In this document: piece after piece, positions 35,621 to 45,570 of the stretch | Position numbering within the stretch: position 1 is the first letter of the stretch | Layout of the letters: the number at the start of each line of letters is the position of its first letter | NCBI GenBank assembly: GCA_963758195.1 | Contig: CAVWUH010000002.1 | Coordinates: forward strand, 2,061,560-2,125,559 | DNA length: 64,000 nt | Origin: an uncultured Acidobacteriota bacterium | GTDB taxonomy: Bacteria; Acidobacteriota; Thermoanaerobaculia; Gp7-AA8 | Direction of reading: 5' to 3' | Notes under the pieces: generated by a model | What the model was told of the DNA's origin: nothing | Seen by the model: only the letters and a program-made list of their open reading frames with translations | Databases searched by the model: none | Position numbers and translations under genes: made by a program

Positions 35621-35741
35621 GAAGATCTCCTTTGAAATTCGTTCCTGCGAGCCGAGCATCCGCGTGCATCCGTCTTTGCGGAATGGCGAAGTGACGAGCG
35701 GATTGCAGCGAGGGACGAAGCGACAGACGAGGCGACGGCGA

Positions 35742-36485
35742 TCAGATGCCGCCGAGGAGGCGCTCGAGCGCGGAGCGATAGCGGCGGCTGAGGTGAAGTC
35801 GCGAGCCGTTGTGCATCAATACGAAGTGATCGCCACCGAATGTCGGCTGCAGCTCACGGATCCTGGCGACGTTCACGATCGTCGAGCGGTGGATGCGCAG
35901 AAAGCGCTCGGAGTCGAGCGAGTCCTCGAGATGCGTCATCGTGTCGCGGAGCAGATGGCTCTCCGCTCCGACATGCAGCCGTGCGTAGTTGCCGGCCGCT
36001 TCGATCCAGTCGACGTCGTCGATTGGAACGAAGTAGATCCGCTCCGGCAGCCGGATGACGAAGCGCTTGAGACGCTTGCGGGCGTCATCCAACATCGCTT
36101 CCAGCGCGCGCGTCGCTTCGGGCTTCGCGCGATCGCGGCGCACGCGCTCGACCGCCGCGCGAAAGCGCTCGCGATCGAAGGGCTTCAGAAGGTAATCGAG
36201 CGCATGGACCTCGAACGCTTTCAACGCGTAGTTGTCGTAGGCGGTCACGAAGACGACCGCGGGAAGATGCGGACGATCGCGCACTGCTTCGAGCACGCCG
36301 AAGCCGTCGATCTGCGGCATCTGCACGTCGAGGAAGATAAGATCGGGGTCGTGCTGCTCGATCGCGCGAATCGCTTCGAAGCCGTTGCTGCACTCGCCCA
36401 CGATGTCGACGTCGCGTTCCAGCTCGAGGAGCGCGCGCACGCGCTCGCGCGCCAGATCTTCGTCGTCGATGATCAGGACGCGCAT
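35742..36485 (-). CDS. LytR/AlgR-family response regulator (REC + LytTR)
   Basis: MRVLIIDDEDLARE with DLIFLDVQMP (REC domain). C-terminal LytTR domain (IYFVPIDDVDWIEAAGNYARLHV). Confidence 0.85.
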   Translation of the reverse strand: MRVLIIDDEDLARERVRALLELERDVDIVGECSNGFEAIRAIEQHDPDLIFLDVQMPQIDGFGVLEAVRDRPHLPAVVFVTAYDNYALKAFEVHALDYLLKPFDRERFRAAVERVRRDRAKPEATRALEAMLDDARKRLKRFVIRLPERIYFVPIDDVDWIEAAGNYARLHVGAESHLLRDTMTHLEDSLDSERFLRIHRSTIVNVARIRELQPTFGGDHFVLMHNGSRLHLSRRYRSALERLLGGI

Positions 36486-37576
36486 GCGGCTTCTTTCGGC
36501 GGGATGACGAACGGAATCGTCATGCGAACGACGAGCCCGCCGCCCGGCGCGCCTTCGAGGAGAAAGCGGTGCGAGTTTCCGAACAACTGCGTGAGACGCG
36601 CGCGCGTGTTGCCGAGGCCGATGCCTTCGCGGTCGGTGAACGAAGCGAGGCCGGGGCCGTCATCTTCGACGGAGAGCAGGAGGCCGCTCTTTTCGCGGTG
36701 CGCCGCGATCCGAATCGTGCCCGGTTCGACGCGTTGCGCGAGTCCGTGGCGAATCGCGTTCTCGACGAGCGGCTGCAGAATCAGATTCGGAACGAGCGCG
36801 TCGAGCACTTCGCCTTTCGCATCGATGTCGATCGTCAGGCGATCGCGGAAGCGGATCTTCTCGATCTCCAGGTAGCTCTGCAGAAACGCCAGCTCCTCTT
36901 TCAACGGGACTTCCTGCGCGCCCGAGCTCGTGAGCGCGAGCCGCAGAAGATCGCCGAGGCGGGCCAGCATCCGTTCCGCGGCATCGATGTCTTTGGTCAT
37001 CAACGCGGCGATCGTGTTCAGCGCGTTGAACAGAAAGTGCGGATGCAGCTGCATGCGCAGCACATGTAATTGTGCCTCGGCGAGCCGCGCTTCGAGCTGC
37101 GTCGTTCGCATTTCCCGCTCGTGGTATTTCTCGAAGTAGCGGACGCCGTGCGCGACCGCGGCGATGATCCAGCAAGTGATGAGCGCGGTATAGAGGCGAG
37201 CGATCGTGAGCCGCCGCAGCAGCGAGTAGCCGCGCTCCGGCACCCACGACGCGAGAATCGGCGTGATCGCCAAGTCGATCAGGATCTTCGCCACGCAGAT
37301 CGCCAGCGTCGCCGAGAGCGCGATCACGATGCCCCGCGGCCGCGAGAGCTTCTCCAGCGGAAGACGAACGACGAGAAGAAGAATCAGCGGCGTCAGCAAC
37401 GCCCACGTCAACGCCTGCGAGAGCGGAAACGCGATGGCGTCGAAGAACGTCATCGATTCCTTCAAAATCAGCGTCGCCTGCAGAAATCGCTGCAATGAGT
37501 TGAGCAGTCCGTACAGAAGCCAGAACGACAGGATCGCCCTGGCAATCCACCACCGCGACCGCTCGCTCGTGATCAT
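36473..37576 (-). CDS. LytS/YehU-type sensor histidine kinase
   Basis: Multi-TM N-terminus, His_kinase motif LHPHFLFNALNTI, and HATPase_c (VEDDGPGL, GIGLGNTRARL). It overlaps the response-regulator gene by 13 nt. Confidence 0.85.
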   Translation of the reverse strand: MITSERSRWWIARAILSFWLLYGLLNSLQRFLQATLILKESMTFFDAIAFPLSQALTWALLTPLILLLVVRLPLEKLSRPRGIVIALSATLAICVAKILIDLAITPILASWVPERGYSLLRRLTIARLYTALITCWIIAAVAHGVRYFEKYHEREMRTTQLEARLAEAQLHVLRMQLHPHFLFNALNTIAALMTKDIDAAERMLARLGDLLRLALTSSGAQEVPLKEELAFLQSYLEIEKIRFRDRLTIDIDAKGEVLDALVPNLILQPLVENAIRHGLAQRVEPGTIRIAAHREKSGLLLSVEDDGPGLASFTDREGIGLGNTRARLTQLFGNSHRFLLEGAPGGGLVVRMTIPFVIPPKEAACAS

Positions 37577-37694
37577 CGAGCCTTCGATGATAGCGGGGCG
37601 GAGCGGCAGGTGGAGGCGGAAGGGATGAGCGGCAGGCCTGGCCGGACGAGCGGACGCCTTCGCGTGACGGACGAATCGCGGTGCTACTCTTGGC

Positions 37695-38402
37695 GTGGTC
37701 CCCATGAACGTCGCACCTTTTCCAACGACGCGACGCAGTGTCGTGCTTGCGCTCTCCGGCGAAGATGCGGCCGAGCGCACGCGCGCGTTCGACACGCTCG
37801 TCGCCTGCTACTGGAAGCCGCTCTACAAATACACGCGCGTCTCGTGGCACCGCTCGCGTGAAGATGGCGAAGACCTGACGCAGAGTTTCTTCGCGCGGGC
37901 ATTCGAAAAGGAATCGCTCGCTGCATACGATCCGGCGAAGGCGAGCTTTCGCACGTTCCTGCGGCTGCTGTTCGATCGTCATCTCGCGAACGAGTGGAAG
38001 GCAGGACAGCGAATGAAGCGCGGCGGCGCCGAAGTGCATCTCGATTTCGAATCCGCCGAGGCGGAGATCGGCCGCGAGGAAACGCGCAATGCGACTCCTG
38101 AGGAGTACTTCCAGACCGAATGGGTGCGCAGCGTCTTCGCGCTGGCGGTGGAACGGCTTCGCACGACGTCCGACGCCACGCGGTTCGCGATCTTCGAGTT
38201 GTATGACCTCGAGGAGGATCGCGACGTTTCCTATCGCGAGCTCGCGGTGCGCTTCGGCATCGCCGAGACGCAGGTGACCAACCATCTCGCCGCGATGCGG
38301 CGGCGCTTTCGCGAGATCGTGCTCGACGCGCTACGCGAGGTGACGGCGACGGAGGAAGAGTTTCGCGCGGAAGCGCGTGCTCTGCTCGGCGTGCAACTGT
38401 GA
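37695..38402 (+). CDS. ECF-type sigma-70 family sigma factor
   Basis: Region 2 (DGEDLTQSFFARAF) and region 4 HTH (SYRELAVRFGIAETQVTNHL). An alternative ATG start is at 37704. Confidence 0.75.
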   Translation: MVPMNVAPFPTTRRSVVLALSGEDAAERTRAFDTLVACYWKPLYKYTRVSWHRSREDGEDLTQSFFARAFEKESLAAYDPAKASFRTFLRLLFDRHLANEWKAGQRMKRGGAEVHLDFESAEAEIGREETRNATPEEYFQTEWVRSVFALAVERLRTTSDATRFAIFELYDLEEDRDVSYRELAVRFGIAETQVTNHLAAMRRRFREIVLDALREVTATEEEFRAEARALLGVQL

Positions 38403-39256
38403 CCTGGCTTTCGAATGACGCCGTCGCGCGCCTGCGCGAGATCACGGAGTCGCCCGATCTCAGTGGCACGCGCTACCGTCTCGTGCGCGAGCTCGGACGC
38501 GGCGGGATGGGAGTCGTCTACGAAGTCGAGGACGTCGAGCTCGATCGCCACGTCGCCTTGAAGGTGACCAACGTCGTTCTCCGCGAGCCGGACGCTCTTC
38601 GCGTCGAGGCTCGAACGATCGCCCGGCTCGAACATCCCGGCATCGTTCCGGTGCATGACGCCGGCGCGCTCGCGGACGGACGCGTGTACTACGCGATGAA
38701 GCTCGTGCGCGGCACGCGCCTCGACGAATGGTCGCGCGATTCGCACACACGCACGGAGCGTTTGCGGCTGTTCTCGCGCATCTGCGAGCCGGTGGCGTTC
38801 GCGCATCTGAACGGAGTCGTGCATCGCGATCTGAAGCCGGAGAACGTGATGGTCGGCGAGCTCGGCGCGGTGCTGGTGATGGACTGGGGCGTCGCCGGCG
38901 TCGGAACGCCCGGCTACATGGCGCCGGAGCAGCGGTGCGGTGAAGCGACGGCTGCCTCGGATGTGTATGCGCTGGGACGCTTGCTCGCGTTTCTTCTTCA
39001 AGAAGACGCACGGCCGCGCAGGTTGATCGCGATTCTCGATCGCGCAACCGCCGACGATCCTGATGCGCGCTATCGCGACGCGCGCGAGCTGGCGGTCGAC
39101 GTGCTGAACTTCCTCGACGGCGAGCCGGTGAGCGCGTACCGCGAGGGCTTCCTCGGCCGCGCCGAACGGTTTGTCTCGCGCAACCGCGTCGTGCTGACGC
39201 TCATCGCCGCGTACATCGTCATGCGCGTGATCGTCTTTTTCTGGATGCGCCTTTAA
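38399..39256 (+). CDS. Membrane-anchored Ser/Thr protein kinase
   Basis: LGRGGMGVVY, VALK, HRDLKPEN, DWG and GTPGYMAPE are present, with a C-terminal TM helix VVLTLIAAYIVMRVIVFFW. It overlaps the sigma-factor stop by 4 nt. Confidence 0.9.
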   Translation: MTWLSNDAVARLREITESPDLSGTRYRLVRELGRGGMGVVYEVEDVELDRHVALKVTNVVLREPDALRVEARTIARLEHPGIVPVHDAGALADGRVYYAMKLVRGTRLDEWSRDSHTRTERLRLFSRICEPVAFAHLNGVVHRDLKPENVMVGELGAVLVMDWGVAGVGTPGYMAPEQRCGEATAASDVYALGRLLAFLLQEDARPRRLIAILDRATADDPDARYRDARELAVDVLNFLDGEPVSAYREGFLGRAERFVSRNRVVLTLIAAYIVMRVIVFFWMRL

Positions 39257-39302
39257 AGGATTTGTCTGCGACGTTGAATCCATTCAACGGAGGAACGAAG
39301 CA

Positions 39303-39665
39303 ATGAACAAGATTCTCGTGGGACTCATCGCCGGCGCCGTTCTCGGCGCGATCGACGGCGCCACGGCCTGGTTTACGCCGCAGGTCCGCGACCAGATGCT
39401 CGGCATCATCATCGGCTCGACGGTCAAAGGCATCATCGCCGGCGTTGTCGCGGGCTGGTACGCGCGGCGCGTGCACTCGGTGCCGAAAGGAATCACCCTC
39501 GGCTTCATCGTCGGACTCGTTCTGGCCTTTGCCGTCGCGGCGATTCCGCAACCCGACGGTTCGCACTTCTGGTGGCAGATCATCGTTCCCGGAGCGATTC
39601 TCGGCGGCGTGATCGGCTGGGCGACGCAAACCTACGGCCGCTCGGCGCTCGCCGCGGCAAACTAA
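39303..39665 (+). CDS. Small Gly-rich integral membrane protein (4 predicted TM helices)
   Basis: MNKILVGLIAGAVLGAIDG, IIIGSTVKGIIAGVVAG, LGFIVGLVLAFAVAA and IIVPGAILGGVIGWA. Confidence 0.55.
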   Translation: MNKILVGLIAGAVLGAIDGATAWFTPQVRDQMLGIIIGSTVKGIIAGVVAGWYARRVHSVPKGITLGFIVGLVLAFAVAAIPQPDGSHFWWQIIVPGAILGGVIGWATQTYGRSALAAAN

Positions 39666-39720
39666 TCCACGTCACCCTGGCCGGCACATGGGAGCGCGCA
39701 CGCCATGACTGGATACGACG

Positions 39721-39815
39721 GGAGGGCGGGGCTTATAGCCCGCCGATTATGGGTGGGGGGCGACGTTTTTGCCCTCCCGTCCAGAAAAAAACGGCGGGCT
39801 ATAAGCCCGCCCTCC
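39721..39815. mobile_element. MITE/REP-like nested-hairpin element, copy 1
   Basis: The termini GGAGGGCGGGGCTTATAGCCCGCCG and CGGCGGGCTATAAGCCCGCCCTCC are inverted repeats, and each is itself a hairpin. There is an A7 run before the right terminus. It lies between convergent gene ends. Confidence 0.75.
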
Positions 39816-39822
39816 AGGGAGA

Positions 39823-41200
39823 TTACGCCACCCAGACCGTCTTGATGTTCACGAACTCGCGGATGCCGTAGACGCCGAGCTCGCGGCCGAAGCCGGAGTG
39901 CTTGACGCCGCCGAAGGGCATGCGCGGATCGGACGCCACCATCGCGTTGACGAAGACCTGGCCTGATTCGATTCCGACGATGAACCGTTCCGCTTCGGCG
40001 CGATCGCGTGTCCAGACGCTGGCGCCGAGGCCGAAGGTCGTGGCGTTCGCGAGGCGGATGGCCTCGTCGACGTCGCGGACGCGGAAGAGCGACGCGACGG
40101 GACCGAACGTTTCCTCGGCGTAAGCCGGCGCGGCGAACGGCACATCCGCGAGCACCGTCGGCGCGTAGAAGTTGCCGTGCCCCGCAAATGGACCGGTGAG
40201 TCGTTTGCCGCCGGTGAGCAATCGCGCGCCGGCGGCGACGCTGGCATTCACCTGCTGTCTCGAGGTCGTCGACGATCTGCGGCGTGGCCAGAGGTCCGAC
40301 TTCCACCGATTCGTCCAGCGGATCGCCGACCTTCAGTGCTTCCATGGCCGCGACGAAACGCGATTCGAATTCCGCGGCGATGCTTTCGTGCACGATGAAG
40401 CGCTTGGCGGCGATGCACGACTGCCCGTTGTTGACGATGCGCGCTTTCACGCCGATCTTCACCGCTTCGGCCAGATCCGCCGAGGGCATGACGATGAACG
40501 GATCGCTGCCGCCGAGCTCGAGCACGCTCTTCTTGATCCGCTTCGCCGCGGTCGAGGCGACGTTCGCGCCGGCGGGCTCGCTGCCGGTCAGCGTCGCCGC
40601 CTTCACGCGCTCGTCCTCGAGAATCGCCGATACCTGATCGGCGCCGATGAGCAGCGTCTGAAACTCTCCGTGATCGAAACCGGCTTCGCGCAGGATGTCC
40701 TCGATCGCCAGCGCCGACTGCGGCACGTTCGACGCGTGCTTGAGCAGTCCGGCGTTGCCGGCCATCAGCGCCGGCGCGGCGAAACGGAACACCTGCCAGA
40801 ACGGGAAGTTCCAGGGCATGACCGCGAGGATCGGTCCGAGTGGATCGAAACGGACGTAGCTCTCCTTCGCGTCCGTGGCAATCGATTCAGGCGCGAGATA
40901 CTCGGCGGCTTTCTGCGCGTAGTGGCGGCAGACCGTCGCGCACTTGCGCACCTCGGCGACGGCGGCAACGATCGGCTTTCCCATCTCCAGCGTGATCGTG
41001 CGTGCGGTCTCCGGCGCGCGCGCCTCGAGGATCTCGCCCGCGCGATGCATCCGTTTGGCGCGCTCTTCAAACGATCGCCCGCGGTTGACGACAAAGCCTT
41101 CGAAGGATCTTTGCAGCTTCTGTTCGATGTCGGCATGGCTCAGACGCTCAAACGTCGCTATCGTCTCGCCGCTGGCCGGATTCACGCTGGCAATGGTCAT
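39823..41200 (-). CDS. NAD(P)-dependent aldehyde (succinate-semialdehyde-like) dehydrogenase, frame break near 40255
   Basis: FPFWQVFRFAAPALMAGN, ELGGSDP and catalytic Cys NNGQSCIAAKR are in ORF 39662-41200. The C-terminal third (EETFGPV, PFGGVKHSGFGRE) is in ORF 39823-40251. Confidence 0.9.
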
Positions 41201-41265
41201 AGGTGCGTCATAATATCCACACGCTGTAATCGTTCAATCCATCAACCAACGTGAAGGGGTGCCAC

Positions 41266-44262
41266 ATGAGCGTTCGCCGAACTCTCGTCCTGCTATTCGT
41301 CTGTCTATTGTCCACTTCGGCGCTGTTTGCGCAGAGCAGCTCCGGCTCGATCACCGGACGCGTGAGCGACGACTCCGGCGGCGCGCTGCCGGGCGTCACC
41401 GTCACCGCCACCGACCCGTCCACCGGGCGCGCGCGATCCGCGGTGTCGGGCGTGGACGGCCTCTACCAGATCCTCCTGCTGCTTCCGGCGAAGTACAGCG
41501 TCGAAGCGCAGCTCGAAGGATTCCAGACCGTGCGCCAGAACGTCACGGTCAACATCGGAACCGACGTTTCGCTGAACTTCACCATGAAGGTCGGCGTCGC
41601 CGAGACCATGACCGTCACAGCGTCCGCGCCGCTCATCGAGACCGAGCGCACGCAGGTCAGCTCGGTCGTCAATGAAACGTCGATCCAGAACCTGCCGGTC
41701 AACGGCCGCAACTTCATCGACTTTGTTCTGACGACTCCCGGCGTCGTCAAGGACGTCCGCCTCGGCGACATCAGCTTCGCCGGCCAGCGCGGCACATTGA
41801 ACTCGCTCGTCGTCGACGGCGCGAACAACGACAACACGTTCTTCGGCCAGGCTCTCGGACGCACCGGATCGGGCCGCGCTCCGTATCAGTTCTCGCAGGA
41901 CGCGGTGAAAGAGTTCCAGGTGAACTCGAACGCCTACACCGCGGAGTACGGTCGCGCCGGGGGCGCGGTCATCAACGTCGTGACGAAGTCGGGCACGAAC
42001 GAACTGAACGGCACGCTCTTCTACTTCCTTCGCGACAAGGACTACAACGCCAACGACTACATCAACGAGATCAACCATCGCGCGAAGAGCCCGTACCACT
42101 TCGACCAGTACGGCGCGAGCGTCGGCGGTCCGATCGTTCGCGACAAGCATTTCTTCTTCTTCAACTACGACGCGCAGCGCAACTCCATCCCCAATCTCGT
42201 CGTGCTCGGCGTGCCGACGCAGGGCTTCCCGACCGACGCCGCGACGGTGGCCGGTCTCGCGAAGCTGAACGCACTCGCCGAAAGCTACAGCCGCAATCAG
42301 GATCAGGACGTCTACCTGCTCAAGACCGATCACGAGCTCGGCGGACGCAATCACCTCTCGCTGCGCTACAACCGTCAGGAGTTCACGGGCGTGAACTTCG
42401 AGAGCGGCGGCATCACCAACGCCAGCGAGCACACCGGTGACTCGCTCGTGAACACGGACACGCTGTCGGCCGTGTTCTCGACGACGATCAGCGGATCGCT
42501 CTTCAACGAAGCGCGTCTCCAGTACGCGAAGGATCAGGAGCCGGGCAAGGCGAACAGCGCGATGCCGGAAGCAACGATCCGCCAGAACGGCGTCACGGTT
42601 CTGGTCATCGGCCGCAACTTCTTCAGCCCGCGCGAGACCACGATCAAGCGCTGGCAGCTCGCCGACACCGGCACGTATGTCTGGTCGAGCCACACGATGA
42701 AAGCCGGCTTCGATTACAGCAAGGACGACATCCTCAACTTCTTCCCCGGCAACTTCAACGGCTCGTACACGTTCAACAGCATCGCCGATTACCAGAACGG
42801 CAAGGCCGCCAGTTACCTGCAGGCGTTCGCCGGTGCGGGCACGAGCGGACCGACGACGAATCCCGACATCGATGAGATCGGGCTCTTCGCGCAGGACGAA
42901 TGGCACGCCACCCCAACGCTCACGCTGAACTTCGGTCTGCGCTACGACAAGCAGGGCATTGCGCAGCCGGAAGTGAAGAACCCCGACGCGCAGTTGCTCG
43001 CGGCGGGAATCGACACGAGCGTTGTCCCCGAGGACTCGAACAACATCGGTCCGCGCCTCGGCTTCGCCTGGACGCCGAACCTGTCGCGTCCGACCGTCAT
43101 TCGCGGCGGCTACGGAGTGTTCTACGGCCGCACGCCGGCGATCATGATCGGTACCGCGCATTCGAACAACGGCATCAACGTGCAGACGCTGACGTTCAGC
43201 GGAACCGCGGTGCCGGCTTATCCAACGATCCTGACGGCGCCGCCAACCGGCGCGGCCGCGCAGAAGCCGACGATCCTCGTGTTCGACAAGGACTTCGAGA
43301 ATCCGAAAGTCCAGCAGGCCTCCCTCGGCATCGAGCACGCGCTGACCAGCGACTTCTCGATCGGCTTCACCTATCAGCACGTTCGCGGTGAAGACCTTCC
43401 GCGCTCCATCGACGTCAACGTCGGCCAGCCCGGCACGGCCACGTCGATCATCTGCACGCCGAGCGTCGCCAACAAGAACTGCACGGACCCGACAATCACG
43501 TACCCGACCGTCACGTATCGCCGCTACGACAACAACCGCCCGTTCGCGAACTTCGCGCGCGTCATCGAGTTCCAGAGCAGCTCCAGCTCGCGCTACAACG
43601 GCTACACGATCGACCTGAATCGCCGCATGACTTCGAACTGGCAGGCGCGTCTGGCCTACACGTACTCGAAGGTCGAAGACGATCGTCCGGATGCGACGGC
43701 CGTCGTTCCCGGCGGCTCCGACGACGCGAAGAACGCGCAGGATCCGTTCGATCTTCACGGCGATTGGGCGCCGGGCGACAACGATGTGCGCCATCGCGTC
43801 GTGCTGAGCGGCGTGTGGGACCTCGACACGTACGCGAAGAATTTCACCGGCTTCTCCAAGCACTTCCTCGGCGGCTGGGCGCTGAGCGGCATCATCAGCT
43901 ACCAGACCGGCCAGCCGTATTCGGCCGTCATCGCCCGCGACCTGAATAACGACGGCAACGCGCGCAGCGATCGCGCGCCGGGAACCGCGCGTAATGCCTA
44001 TCGCCTTCCGAGTCAGTTCAGCGTCGACCCGCGCCTGACGAAGACGATCGGCCTCTTCAACGGCGTCAACGTCCAGCTCATCGCCGAGGCCTTCAACGCG
44101 CTCAATCGCAGCAACGTCAGCGGCGTGCGCACCACGTTCTACGGCTTCGACGCCGCCAGCGGCGCCCTCGTCCCGCAGACCGGCGGCGCCACCGCCTTCG
44201 GCTCGCCGACCGTGTCAGCCGGCCCGCGCATCCTTCAATTCGCGGCGAAGATTTCTTTCTAG
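41266..44262 (+). CDS. TonB-dependent outer-membrane receptor with an N-terminal CarboxypepD_reg-like domain (intact)
   Basis: Signal peptide, SITGRVSDDSGGALPGVTVTA, a plug region and a long beta-barrel that ends AAKISF. Confidence 0.85.
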   Translation: MSVRRTLVLLFVCLLSTSALFAQSSSGSITGRVSDDSGGALPGVTVTATDPSTGRARSAVSGVDGLYQILLLLPAKYSVEAQLEGFQTVRQNVTVNIGTDVSLNFTMKVGVAETMTVTASAPLIETERTQVSSVVNETSIQNLPVNGRNFIDFVLTTPGVVKDVRLGDISFAGQRGTLNSLVVDGANNDNTFFGQALGRTGSGRAPYQFSQDAVKEFQVNSNAYTAEYGRAGGAVINVVTKSGTNELNGTLFYFLRDKDYNANDYINEINHRAKSPYHFDQYGASVGGPIVRDKHFFFFNYDAQRNSIPNLVVLGVPTQGFPTDAATVAGLAKLNALAESYSRNQDQDVYLLKTDHELGGRNHLSLRYNRQEFTGVNFESGGITNASEHTGDSLVNTDTLSAVFSTTISGSLFNEARLQYAKDQEPGKANSAMPEATIRQNGVTVLVIGRNFFSPRETTIKRWQLADTGTYVWSSHTMKAGFDYSKDDILNFFPGNFNGSYTFNSIADYQNGKAASYLQAFAGAGTSGPTTNPDIDEIGLFAQDEWHATPTLTLNFGLRYDKQGIAQPEVKNPDAQLLAAGIDTSVVPEDSNNIGPRLGFAWTPNLSRPTVIRGGYGVFYGRTPAIMIGTAHSNNGINVQTLTFSGTAVPAYPTILTAPPTGAAAQKPTILVFDKDFENPKVQQASLGIEHALTSDFSIGFTYQHVRGEDLPRSIDVNVGQPGTATSIICTPSVANKNCTDPTITYPTVTYRRYDNNRPFANFARVIEFQSSSSSRYNGYTIDLNRRMTSNWQARLAYTYSKVEDDRPDATAVVPGGSDDAKNAQDPFDLHGDWAPGDNDVRHRVVLSGVWDLDTYAKNFTGFSKHFLGGWALSGIISYQTGQPYSAVIARDLNNDGNARSDRAPGTARNAYRLPSQFSVDPRLTKTIGLFNGVNVQLIAEAFNALNRSNVSGVRTTFYGFDAASGALVPQTGGATAFGSPTVSAGPRILQFAAKISF

Positions 44263-44285
44263 TTTCCCAACTCCGTTTTCGTACC

Positions 44286-44314
44286 AAGGCCGGCCGAAAG
44301 GCCGGCCTTTTTTA
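44286..44314 (+). terminator. Rho-independent terminator after the TonB-dependent receptor gene
   Basis: AAGGCCGGCC-GAAA-GGCCGGCCTT followed by TTTT. Confidence 0.85.
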
Positions 44315-44364
44315 GGAGTGCTTCCGTCGCTGATGGCATTTCACACGCAAGCAAGTCGATCCGC

Positions 44365-44592
44365 ATGACACCGTACGCGAACCTGAGTGGCGACTCCGGC
44401 GTCATCGAGTACGAACTGGGCGAGAACTGCATTCGAGTGCGGTTCGTCAACGACAGCAAGATCTACGTTTACAACGACAGTAAGCCCGGTCGCGTTCACG
44501 TCGAGCAAATGACGCGACTCGCTATCGCAGGCAAGGGCCTCGCGACGTACATCAGCCGAAACATCAAGGCAAATTACTCCCACACGGAATGA
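44365..44592 (+). CDS. KTSC-domain small protein
   Basis: 75 aa: SGVIEYELGENCIRVRFVNDSKIYVYN...GKGLATYISRNIK, the pattern of KTSC domains. The family assignment is from memory. Confidence 0.5.
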   Translation: MTPYANLSGDSGVIEYELGENCIRVRFVNDSKIYVYNDSKPGRVHVEQMTRLAIAGKGLATYISRNIKANYSHTE

Positions 44593-44606
44593 GCGAAGCA
44601 CGCGAA

Positions 44607-44641
44607 CCGGCAGGCCGAGGGCGGCCGCCGCTACACAGCGG
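44607..44641. repeat. Half copy of the CTGTGTAGCGACG-family palindrome
   Basis: CCGGCAGGCCGAGGGCGGCCGCCGCTACACAGCGG matches the right arm of the element at 2453-2487. No left arm is present. Confidence 0.65.
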
Positions 44642-44673
44642 CACCGAATCCTGCGGCTTCTGCGTGCGCGAGC

Positions 44674-45523
44674 TCACACGATCGCTTTCGCGATGCGACC
44701 TGCTTCGCCCACGCGGAGTTGGTCGGCACGTCCAGCGAAATACAGCACGTTGAGATCGGCAGGGCCAAGATCCTGGATCGAACGGAAGCCGAGCGTGAGC
44801 AACAGATCGCGGAGATCGGTCGGCGTGAAGAACGTTTTCCACGGTTCACCGACCGCCGCTACGCGATCGGACATGCGGTCGAACGCCAGGCGCGCGATCA
44901 GTCCCAACGATTGTCGTGGGATTCCGTAGTCGAAGACGATGGCCGTGCCTTCTGGGAATGCTGCGACGCAGCGGAGGGTGAGCTCGATGGCCGATCGTTC
45001 GAGATAGGGAACCACGCCGAGCCACGCAAAAAGCGCGGGGCTCGTCGCATCAAAGGCGCTGTCTGCGAGCGCGTGGTCCAAGCTTCGGACGGAGAGGTCC
45101 GCGGCGATGAAGTCGAGGTTGGGGGGAATCGTGATCCCGGCCGCGGCGAGCCGCTGGCGCTTGGCCTCCTGCGTCGACGGATGATCGACTTCGAAGACGC
45201 GAAGCGCGGGATAGGGATTGCGATACGCGAAGGTGTCGTAGCCGGCGCCGACGATCACGTACTGCGTGATTCCTCGAGCGCACCGCGGCCCCGAGCTCGT
45301 CTTCGGCGAACCGGCTTCGCACGGCCAGAAACGCGCGGAGATAACGCGACAGCGGCGAGCGCTCGTACTCGGACGGGTTGTTGCGGATGCGTGCCGCGAG
45401 CTCCGGTGGCAGAACCGAAAACGCGAGAGGATCGGAAAACACGGGAGGCATGTCGAGCAACTGATGCGCGGCGCGGCGCGCCGCAACTCGCTCCGCGGTG
45501 CGGCTGGGCTGATCGGACTGCAT
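44674..45523 (-). CDS. SAM-dependent O-methyltransferase (Ppm1/ML2640-like), frame break near 45270
   Basis: The N-terminus MQSDQPSRTAERVAARRAAH is in ORF 45050-45601. GITQYVIVGAGYDTFAYR and VFEVDHP are in ORF 44674-45486. Confidence 0.7.
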
Positions 45524-45570
45524 TTTGATTCGGAATTGTAGAGCCGCGTCGACGAACCGCGATCGCGAGC

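Noticed and set aside
35660-35741. A possible additional tandem-repeat hairpin in the spacer upstream of the TPR gene (GCATCCG x2, then GACGAGGCGAC-like repeats).
   Set aside because: Only direct repeats are visible. I could not pair them into complementary arms, so I do not count this as a member of the hairpin family.
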